A stretch of DNA of 41,701 bases from positions 1 through 41,701 of the forward strand of contig JBJTQJ010000091.1 of the NCBI GenBank assembly GCA_046075565.1, in the 5' to 3' direction. Numbering within the stretch: position 1 is the stretch's first letter; each line of letters begins with the position of its first letter. The notes under the pieces are model-generated. The model was not told the origin of the DNA. It made no database searches and was given only the letters and a program-made list of their open reading frames with translations. Below are positions 19,406 to 27,224 of this stretch, one piece after another. Origin of the DNA: Verrucomicrobiales bacterium. Its GTDB lineage: Bacteria; Verrucomicrobiota; Verrucomicrobiia; Verrucomicrobiales; SLCJ01. Position numbers and translations under genes: made by a program.

Positions 19406-20803
19406 ATGTCCACTTCCAATCTCCATCCAATCACCAACATCACCGCCGCCAAGAGTCGGCGGGCATTCCTTGGCACCTCGCTCGGAGCGATGGCGGCCTT
19501 TGGCATCCTTCCATCGGGGTTCGTCTCCGGGGCGAATCGGGTCAGCCCGAATAGCAAGGTCCGCCTGGCCGTGGTCGGTTGCGGCAACCGCGGCGGCACC
19601 ATCGGGGTCTGGTTTAAGAAGACCGGTCAGGCCGATATCGTCTGCGTCTGTGATGTGGATTTGGAAGGGAAACACTGCAAAGAGCTTCTCCCACAGGTTC
19701 CCGATGCGCGCCGCTACACCGACTTCCGCAAAATGTTCGACAAGGAAGCCGGGAATATCGACGCGGTGATCGTCGGCACACCGGATCACTCCCACTTCCC
19801 GATTTGTATGCAAACCATGGCCTTGGGCAAAGCGGTGTATGTAGAAAAACCGATGGCCCACACCTTCATGGAAGTGGAACTGATGATGAAGGCCGCGGAG
19901 AAATACGGCGTCGTCACGCAGATGGGCAACCAGGGGCATTCGGAAGCGAATCACTGGCAGTTCAAAGCGTGGACCGAAGCCGGCGTGATCAAAGACGTGA
20001 CACGCATCGACGCCTACATGACCTCTTCGCGCCGTTGGCACGGCTGGGATCCGAAAGGACTGCCGGAAGGCGAGACTCCGCCCGCGGGCATGGACTGGGA
20101 GGCGTGGATTGCCACCGCCCCGATGACTCCCTTCAATGCCAAACTCCACCCGCAGACCTGGCGCGGATGGTTCAACTACGGCAGCGGTGCGTTCGGCGAC
20201 TGGGGTCCGCACATTCTCGACACCTGCCATCGTTTCCTCGAACTCGGACTACCGGAAGAAGTCACGGCGGTCAAACTCGATGGACGTAATGAATTCATTT
20301 TCCCGCAATCCACGACCATCGCGTTCAAGTTCCCGGCCCGGGGCAACAAACCGGCCTGTGTCGTGAACTGGCACGACGGACTCGGCAACATGCCGGAGCT
20401 TCCCAAAGAGATTCCCGCCGGAACCGACATCGGCAACGCCGGAAAAATCATCTACGGAAAAGACAATATTTTCCGCGGCGGCAGCCATGGCGCCACCCTG
20501 CGTATCGCTCCCGAGGAGAAGTTCCGCGAAGTCCGAGATAAATTGCCGGAATATGCGAAGAAAGCTCCGGACCATGCCATGAATTTCATCCTTGCCTGCC
20601 GTGGAGAAGCGACGCCCAATTCGCCCTTCTCCATCTCCGGCCCCCTCACCCAGATGTTCACTCTCGGGGTCCTGGCCCAGCGTTATGGCGGCACCATCAA
20701 ATTTGATCGTACCAACAAGACGATTACCAGCCACGCCAATGGCCCGGCCCTGCTCGCCGGCTCTCCCCCGCGCGCCGGTTGGGAACAGTATTACAAACTC
20801 TGA
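19406..20803 (+). CDS. Tat-exported Gfo/Idh/MocA family oxidoreductase
   Basis: SRRAFLGTSLGAMAAF Tat signal; AVVGCGNRG; GTPDHSH; YVEKPMA; QMGNQGH; GAFGDWGPHILD. Paralog of 2669..4060. Confidence 0.92.
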   Translation: MSTSNLHPITNITAAKSRRAFLGTSLGAMAAFGILPSGFVSGANRVSPNSKVRLAVVGCGNRGGTIGVWFKKTGQADIVCVCDVDLEGKHCKELLPQVPDARRYTDFRKMFDKEAGNIDAVIVGTPDHSHFPICMQTMALGKAVYVEKPMAHTFMEVELMMKAAEKYGVVTQMGNQGHSEANHWQFKAWTEAGVIKDVTRIDAYMTSSRRWHGWDPKGLPEGETPPAGMDWEAWIATAPMTPFNAKLHPQTWRGWFNYGSGAFGDWGPHILDTCHRFLELGLPEEVTAVKLDGRNEFIFPQSTTIAFKFPARGNKPACVVNWHDGLGNMPELPKEIPAGTDIGNAGKIIYGKDNIFRGGSHGATLRIAPEEKFREVRDKLPEYAKKAPDHAMNFILACRGEATPNSPFSISGPLTQMFTLGVLAQRYGGTIKFDRTNKTITSHANGPALLAGSPPRAGWEQYYKL

Positions 20804-21444
20804 GCCGAAGGACCGGCGCCTTCGGCGTCCGCTCGGATCAGTATACGTGCTCTCTCCAGCAAAATGGAAAGAGCGGAACGGTAGGCATCTTCAATGGCAT
20901 CCGCTCGCGGGTCGAGCGCGGTGCCAAAGATGACCGCGCAGGTTTTCCCGGAGCCCGGGAGCCAGTTCCTAATGTGTCCGAAGGCCGATGACCCCGCGAC
21001 CGCACAGGGGATCACTGGCACTCCGGCGAGCCGGGCGAGTTTGAAAACTCCGGATTGCAGCGATCCACCCTCGACCGCGCGGAAACCCGGTTGCGGAATC
21101 CCTCCTTCGGGAAAGCCGCCGACCACTTCTCCTCCCCCCAGCGTGGCCATGGTCATGCGGATGGCGGACAAATCCCGACCGCTTTCCGCGAGCGGAATGA
21201 CTTCAAGCGCTCGCACGAGGGCGCGCACGGGTGCGGGCAATCGACCGACCGCTGACAGCCAGCGAATCGAACGCGGGCACAGGCCTGAGAGGATCATGGC
21301 ATCGAAGTAGGATTCATGATTCGGGGCTAACAAGGCTCCTCCCTTCGATGGCAAATTCTCCACTCCTTCAACCACACAGCGCACCGACCACTTCACGATA
21401 GGGCGTCCGATGGCGCAGGCCGTGCGGTAGAATAGACGGCTCAC
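20791..21444 (-). CDS. plsC: Lysophospholipid (1-acyl-sn-glycerol-3-phosphate) acyltransferase
   Basis: PNHESYFD and GFPEGG motifs, LARLAGVPVIP. Start re-called at GTG 21444, overlapping the upstream TGA. Confidence 0.85.
   Translation of the reverse strand: MSRLFYRTACAIGRPIVKWSVRCVVEGVENLPSKGGALLAPNHESYFDAMILSGLCPRSIRWLSAVGRLPAPVRALVRALEVIPLAESGRDLSAIRMTMATLGGGEVVGGFPEGGIPQPGFRAVEGGSLQSGVFKLARLAGVPVIPCAVAGSSAFGHIRNWLPGSGKTCAVIFGTALDPRADAIEDAYRSALSILLERARILIRADAEGAGPSAQSL
20804..20826. terminator. GC hairpin at the convergent junction of the oxidoreductase and plsC
   Basis: GCCGAAGG-ACCGGCG-CCTTCGGC, an 8-bp perfect stem directly after the 20803 stop. No U-tract. Confidence 0.35.
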
Positions 21445-22169
21445 TTTCCCCTCCCCTCCGGCAACCTCCATTCGGCATCGGATTGCGCGTAAACTTGAAT
21501 GAACTTCTCCCTCAGCTGTTCGTTGGCGATCAGTCGTCCGGCTCGTCGCCTCGCCTCCGGGCCGATGGTCAATGGTTCGCCAACGCGCACCCACAGGCGT
21601 CCCCATTTCGCCGGCAACCAAGGCCAGGGACTCGACAACTTCTCCGCCCCAACCACGACCACCGGGAGAATCGGGCATCCGGTGAGGGCGGCCAGATACA
21701 CCGCGCCCGCTTTGATTGGTCCACCATGGGTCACCCGATCGTCACCGGTTTGGATTTCCCCTTCGGGAAAGATTCCCACCACATGACCGGAGCCCAGCCG
21801 CCGTGCCGCCTCGCGGACGGGCGCGACTCCAGGTCTCCGGCGATCCACTTGAAACGAGCCCATCGCTTTTAGCACGGCGCGCCACAATCGGTGCCGGTAG
21901 AATTCCACCCGCGCCATCCAGCCGACATCCCGATCAAGGAGCGTGCTCACCACCACCGGATCAAGATGACTCCGATGCGCGACGGCGAGAATCACCCCGC
22001 CACGCGCGGGCACATTTTCCATACCCCGCGTCTTGACCCGCATGGTAAACAAAAACGCGAAACGCCAGAAGGCGCGGGTCCAATGATAGAGTTTGCCCGG
22101 CAGAGAGGCATCGCTGCTGCGTGCTCCCGCGGCCGCACTCGATGTATCTGATGCCCTCGTTATCTGCAT
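21441..22169 (-). CDS. plsC: Lysophospholipid acyltransferase (PlsC family)
   Basis: AHRSHLD (HxxxxD), GSFQVDR, GIFPEGE, GAVYLAALTGCPILPV. Confidence 0.87.
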   Translation of the reverse strand: MQITRASDTSSAAAGARSSDASLPGKLYHWTRAFWRFAFLFTMRVKTRGMENVPARGGVILAVAHRSHLDPVVVSTLLDRDVGWMARVEFYRHRLWRAVLKAMGSFQVDRRRPGVAPVREAARRLGSGHVVGIFPEGEIQTGDDRVTHGGPIKAGAVYLAALTGCPILPVVVVGAEKLSSPWPWLPAKWGRLWVRVGEPLTIGPEARRRAGRLIANEQLREKFIQVYAQSDAEWRLPEGRGK

Positions 22170-22202
22170 GAGTGAAAATGAAGAAGTCGTGAGCGTGCCC
22201 GT

Positions 22203-23438
22203 TCAAATCCCCCGTGGCATGCCATGGAGCCGACGGAACAATGGAGTGGCCATGAGGGTGGTGATCACGGCCATGAAGACCATGATGGTGAAGAGTGTCG
22301 GGGTGATGACGCCGCGTTCGAGGCCGATGTTAAGGATGATCAATTCCATCAGCCCACGCGCGTTCATGAGCGTGCCGATCCCCAGCGCCTCGCGTTGCGG
22401 AACCCCGCAGGCACGGGCAGCGGCCCAGCAGGCTCCTCCTTTGCCAAGGGTAGCGAGCACAAGCGCGATCAAAGCAATGAACCACAACCATGGGGTATTG
22501 ACCAAATCAAGCCGGGTGTTCAATCCCGAATAGGTGAAGAACAAAGGCAGCAACAGACAAACCGTAAGCGGTTCCACTTGCCTGCGCACCTCCTCGCCGA
22601 ATGCACCCTTCGGCATGGCCGCACCCATGATAAAAGCGCCAAAGACCGCATAAATGCCGAGCGAATCGGTAATCCATGCCCCCATCATTACACAGGCGAG
22701 CACGCCGGTGAGCAGCCCGCCATGCAGCGAACCCGATCTTTCCATCGCGGTGGCGAAACGGGTAAATAGTTTGCGCCCGAAAGTCATCACCAGCACACCG
22801 TAAGCGACACCCCCGCCGATGGCCTTGATCGCGATCATCCAGTCGCCGCCGAAACTCGAGAGCACCACCGCCAGCACACACCAGGCGGCCGCGTCGTCCA
22901 TGGCGCCCGCCGCGAGGGCGAGCGTGCCGAGGCTTGTTCCTGTCAGGCCCTGCTCGCGGATGATACGCGCCAGCATCGGGAAAGCCGTGATGCACATGCT
23001 GGCCCCCAGGAAAAGCATGGCTTCGAGAGGGGCGACCTCTGCGGTGAAGAAACCGCCTTGCTTCAGCAACCAATACCCGAGCCCCGCTCCGAGAATGAAC
23101 GGTGCCACCATACCGGCCACCGAGACACTGATTCCCGTCTTCGCTTTGTTGCGGAAGAGGTCGGCGCGGAATTCCATGCCGACGAGGAACATATACAAGG
23201 CAAGACCGACCTGACAGGTGGCAAAGAGCAGAGGCATGGATTGTTTGGGAAACAACCAGGCCTGCGCGCCCGGAAACCACAGACCAAAAAGCGACGGCCC
23301 CAGCGCCACCCCGGCCATCATCTCCGCCACCACCTGGGGTTGCCCGAACCTTTTCGCCAAAATCCCCACCCCGCGGCAGACGAACAGAATGACCGTCAAT
23401 TGCAGGAAAAAGCGGACCGAAAGCTCGAAGGAGGACAT
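22203..23438 (-). CDS. Cation:proton antiporter (CPA2/Kef-type, membrane domain only)
   Basis: About 12 TM segments; GQPQVVAEMMAGVALGPS, TAFPMLARI, AAGAMDD, LMNARGLMELIILNIG. Start at ATG 23438. Confidence 0.9.
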   Translation of the reverse strand: MSSFELSVRFFLQLTVILFVCRGVGILAKRFGQPQVVAEMMAGVALGPSLFGLWFPGAQAWLFPKQSMPLLFATCQVGLALYMFLVGMEFRADLFRNKAKTGISVSVAGMVAPFILGAGLGYWLLKQGGFFTAEVAPLEAMLFLGASMCITAFPMLARIIREQGLTGTSLGTLALAAGAMDDAAAWCVLAVVLSSFGGDWMIAIKAIGGGVAYGVLVMTFGRKLFTRFATAMERSGSLHGGLLTGVLACVMMGAWITDSLGIYAVFGAFIMGAAMPKGAFGEEVRRQVEPLTVCLLLPLFFTYSGLNTRLDLVNTPWLWFIALIALVLATLGKGGACWAAARACGVPQREALGIGTLMNARGLMELIILNIGLERGVITPTLFTIMVFMAVITTLMATPLFRRLHGMPRGI

Positions 23439-23460
23439 GGGTAATGCTCTATAGGGCAAC

Positions 23461-23949
23461 TCAATACTCGACGCGGTCCTCTTTGGCCAGCCAATCCTGG
23501 AAGACGGCTGCGCCTTCGTTGGGCAGGGCGTTGGTAATAGGGAGATGGCGATCCTTCAGTGGGCGGGCGACTTCGGTATAGAGGGCGGAGTCGTCAAAGC
23601 CGGCGGCGGCGGCGTCATCGCGGTTGGCGGCGAAGACGATGCGGTCCACGCGTGCCCACCAGGCAGCGGCGAGGCACATCGGGCAGGGTTCGCAGGAGGT
23701 GTAAAGAGTGGCTCCGGTCAGCATCCACGAACCGGTGTTCCGGGTAGCGGCGCGGATGGCCACGACCTCGGCATGGGCGGTGGGATCCTGGCTGGTGGTG
23801 ACCTGGTTCCATCCCTCGCCGAGGATTTGACCGTCACGCGCGATAACCGCTCCGAACGGACCGCCGTGACCGGCGAGCATGTGTTCGCGCGCGAGCGCGA
23901 TGGCACGGCGGAGATGGATGGCGTCTTCGTTGTTAGGAGTCGAGTTCAT
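23461..23949 (-). CDS. guaD: Zn-dependent nucleobase deaminase, guanine deaminase type (cytidine-deaminase fold)
   Basis: GGPFGAVI, DPTAHAEV, SCEPCPMC, AGFDD, and a terminal Tyr as in Bacillus-type GuaD. Confidence 0.8.
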   Translation of the reverse strand: MNSTPNNEDAIHLRRAIALAREHMLAGHGGPFGAVIARDGQILGEGWNQVTTSQDPTAHAEVVAIRAATRNTGSWMLTGATLYTSCEPCPMCLAAAWWARVDRIVFAANRDDAAAAGFDDSALYTEVARPLKDRHLPITNALPNEGAAVFQDWLAKEDRVEY

Positions 23950-26900
23950 GAATTGGGAATTTCGACGATGGCTGCCAGTTTCGTAGAGACGAGCAGACAG
24001 CGGATGGTCTCCGGCGCGATTCCGGCGGCGGCCGAGACAGCCTGCCGGTAGGCCCGCATTTGACCGGCGTATCTTTCGACCAATTCATCCCCGCTTGCAA
24101 CCGTGTCGGTTTTGAAATCGAGGACCTCGGCACTGACGACCCGTCCTTTTTCCCGGTGAAGATGCAGGCGATCGATCACGCCACTGGTCCATACACCATC
24201 GGCGATGGTGTCGAACGGTTGTTCACGCAAAAGCACGATGTCGCGGCCGGCCCGGGTGAAAAGCCTGCGGATTTCCGACGCGGCGAAACTGGCCTCGATG
24301 AGTTTCCTCACGGATTCTTCCTTAGGCAGTTCGGGCGGGCCGTCATCGAGCCATGCGATCTTTTCAAAGGCTTCGTGGAGGGCGGTGCCAAAAGCCATGC
24401 CGCCGGAAGAATCGAGGGCAGCACCGGAGGCACCTTTCGATCCCGATGCTTTTTCGGAACTCGGGGTCTTGCGGGCCAGCCGCGGACTTGGCGGAGAAAG
24501 CACCACCGGCGGCAGCGCGGACGGGGCGGCAGATTGGATTGGAAATTCCCCGTACCATTCGGCATCGCCATGTTGCCAGAGTGTTGTCACTTCGAGGCCG
24601 GGAATCTCCATGGCCGGTTCCGCGGGGGCTTTGCCCTCAAGAGCGGCCCTCAGCCAGGAGGCATGGTTCTTTTTCGCCGTCACCGGCTCGCCTTTCTCGG
24701 TAAGCGACGGGGGCAGGATGAGGACGAGTCCGCGCGCGGCGCGGGTGAGCGCGACATACAAGGTGCAGAAACGCTCGTAGGTCATTTCCGCTTCCCACTC
24801 GTCGCGCAGTTGGGCGAGACGCTCATCAGCTTCGATGGCGGGTTTCGGAGGCGCGTCGAATAACAAATGGATGCTACCATCGGGAGCGCGTTCCTGGAGA
24901 CGGTCGAGTTTGCCGAGGTTGTCGAATCCACTGCCATCGAGGTCCGGTAGCACGACCAGATCAAATTCCAGCCCCTTGGCTTTGTGAATGGTCATGATCT
25001 GGATGGCTCCGGCTCCCGACCACTCGCGGGTCTTCCAATGGCGGAGCAGGCGCACCCAGTCGGCGAGCGGACCTCCGCGCGCGTCGAATCGCCGGGCTTC
25101 CGTTTCCCAAAGCGCGAGCCGCTCGACTTGGCTGGCATCGAGATCGTTGCGGGCGCGCAGCACGGGAAGGAGTTTGTCCAGAAGCCCGGTCGCCCCATCG
25201 GTTTGGAAAAGTCCACGTGCGGCGGACCAGATGGCATCCGGTTTCTCCGCAGCGAAGACTTCGGCGAGAGTGGCATAGAGCGGGCAATACCGCACATGCC
25301 CCCAGGCGAATTGATCGGCGGGGGTTTCCAGCCAGCGGAAAAAGTCATACAAGGCGGCCACGACCGGGCCGGCGTTCTCGATGGCGGTCTCGCTTTCCAC
25401 TTCGATCGGCCAGTCCGGGTGTTCATGGCGGAGAAAATCCGCCAGCTCCGCGGCATTTTTATTCGTTTGCACGAGGATGGCGCAGGTCAACCCGCGCTCG
25501 AGGGGTCGGGCGCGTTCGATGATCGCCGGGATGGCGAGCCATGGCAATTTGTTGGCTTTGGAGTTTCCTCCAGCCTCATCACCTGCTTCGTCCCCCGCCC
25601 CGGAGTCATCGTCGACCGGGTCGCTGGTGGCAGCGGCCACTTCAAGCACGAGGGATTCACCACGCCGGTCCGACCTCGCCGCGACATGGGGATGAAATTT
25701 CCAACGAGCGAGCGCGGCGGGTGAAAATCGTCCATTCGCAAATTCGGCCCGCAGGCCCGGACCCTCGGGATCGCAGACGAGGTTGACGAAATCCAAGACC
25801 GCCGGACTGGAGCGGAAGGAGCGATCCATGGACCATTCCGGTAGTCGCCCTTGCCAAGAGGCGGCGATTTCGTCAAAAAGCCGAGGTTCCCCGCCCCGCC
25901 AGGCGTGGATACCCTGTTTCGGGTCGCCGACGACAAAAAAGGTCCGTTGGCCACCCTCTTCCTGGGCGATTTCTTCGATCAAGCCGGCCAGCACTTTCCA
26001 TTGCAGGCGGTCGGTGTCTTGGAATTCGTCGAGCATCCAATGCTCGAACCGCTGGTCGAGACGATAGCCGATATTCTGTCCGAGCGCCGAATCGCCGATT
26101 CCGGCGTCGGCGAGCACGACGGTGAGGTCGTCGAATCCCAACCTCCCCCGACGGCGCACCTCGGAATCGTATTCCCGGTCATAACGCTGAATGACATCCC
26201 GGATGCCCCGGGTCTGGACGAGGGCAGCCTTGATTTCGGCTCCGAGCATGGCCCCGAGCAAATCGGCGGTGAGTTTGGCGGCTTCGCCGTCGAGGGAGAT
26301 GGTTTTGTTGTAGTAGGGCATTTCTGCAACCCCGGAAGCGAGGTTTTCGATCCGGGGCGAAAGACGGTCCCAGAGCGGAACTTTGAACTTCGGTTTGGCC
26401 GGCTCGTAGTCGTCCAAGAAATCCAGCAGTTTGTTCCACGATTTCGTCCAGCTCGCGTGCCCCCAATTCCGTCCTTCGGTGAGGGTCCGCAGTTTTTCCG
26501 TCCATTGCTTAAAAAGCATACTGTTGTATTCGGGCCACGGACACCCCCTTGGCCAGAGGCGTTCGTCGTTGCCCCAGGCCTCCGGGTCGCCAATTTTCAG
26601 GAACGCGCACTGGGTGGACTCGATAAACTCAATCAACTTCTCCACAAAACGATTTTCGTCCGTCCCAAAGGTCGCCCGCTTGAAGGCCTGCAGGAACTCT
26701 TCCCGCCCCGGATCATTTTCACGTAATCTACTGAAAATTTTTCCGAAGACCCGTTCACGCTCGGATTCCTTCTGCGCATCATCGAGCATCTCGAATCCAG
26801 CTAATCCCAACTCCGTGTATGCTGTGCGGGCTATTTTGCCGAAAAAAGCGTCAATGGTGCCGAGGGCGAGTCGGTCGAGGGAGCGGACGAGATTTTCCAG

Positions 26901-27224
26901 CAATTCCCGGAACCGGGCTTGGTCGAGGGGTGGGAACGTTTCGTCCGCACCGGCGAGGGCGGGCTGACCGGTCGAGGGGTCGCCGCGCAGCACGGCGAGC
27001 AGTTCCGCCGCCAGCTTTTCCGCCTTTTCCGGCGAGGAAGCTCCCTGAGCCAGACGAGCGAGGATCCGGTCGACAAACTCCCCCGCCGCCTTGCGGGTGA
27101 AAGTCAGCGCGATGATGGCGGACGGGTCCACCCCGAGAGCGAGCAAACCGAGGAAGCGGTTGGCAAGCTGGTAGGTTTTGCCCGAGCCGGCGGAGGCACG
27201 GATCATGAGGCTTTGGCGGCTCAT
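23946..27224 (-). CDS. addA: AddA/RecB-like UvrD helicase-nuclease
   Basis: Start at ATG 27224. ASAGSGKT, TFTRKAAGEF, LDEFQDT, VGDPKQGIHAWRGG, SFRSSP, MTIHKAKGLEFD, YVALTRA. C-terminal nuclease GVIDRL..LDFKT..QMRAY. Confidence 0.9.
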   Translation of the reverse strand: MSRQSLMIRASAGSGKTYQLANRFLGLLALGVDPSAIIALTFTRKAAGEFVDRILARLAQGASSPEKAEKLAAELLAVLRGDPSTGQPALAGADETFPPLDQARFRELLENLVRSLDRLALGTIDAFFGKIARTAYTELGLAGFEMLDDAQKESERERVFGKIFSRLRENDPGREEFLQAFKRATFGTDENRFVEKLIEFIESTQCAFLKIGDPEAWGNDERLWPRGCPWPEYNSMLFKQWTEKLRTLTEGRNWGHASWTKSWNKLLDFLDDYEPAKPKFKVPLWDRLSPRIENLASGVAEMPYYNKTISLDGEAAKLTADLLGAMLGAEIKAALVQTRGIRDVIQRYDREYDSEVRRRGRLGFDDLTVVLADAGIGDSALGQNIGYRLDQRFEHWMLDEFQDTDRLQWKVLAGLIEEIAQEEGGQRTFFVVGDPKQGIHAWRGGEPRLFDEIAASWQGRLPEWSMDRSFRSSPAVLDFVNLVCDPEGPGLRAEFANGRFSPAALARWKFHPHVAARSDRRGESLVLEVAAATSDPVDDDSGAGDEAGDEAGGNSKANKLPWLAIPAIIERARPLERGLTCAILVQTNKNAAELADFLRHEHPDWPIEVESETAIENAGPVVAALYDFFRWLETPADQFAWGHVRYCPLYATLAEVFAAEKPDAIWSAARGLFQTDGATGLLDKLLPVLRARNDLDASQVERLALWETEARRFDARGGPLADWVRLLRHWKTREWSGAGAIQIMTIHKAKGLEFDLVVLPDLDGSGFDNLGKLDRLQERAPDGSIHLLFDAPPKPAIEADERLAQLRDEWEAEMTYERFCTLYVALTRAARGLVLILPPSLTEKGEPVTAKKNHASWLRAALEGKAPAEPAMEIPGLEVTTLWQHGDAEWYGEFPIQSAAPSALPPVVLSPPSPRLARKTPSSEKASGSKGASGAALDSSGGMAFGTALHEAFEKIAWLDDGPPELPKEESVRKLIEASFAASEIRRLFTRAGRDIVLLREQPFDTIADGVWTSGVIDRLHLHREKGRVVSAEVLDFKTDTVASGDELVERYAGQMRAYRQAVSAAAGIAPETIRCLLVSTKLAAIVEIPNS

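Noticed and set aside
19047-19769. 240-aa ORF after the WbsX fusion
   Set aside because: It runs out of frame into the oxidoreductase gene and has no recognisable domain.
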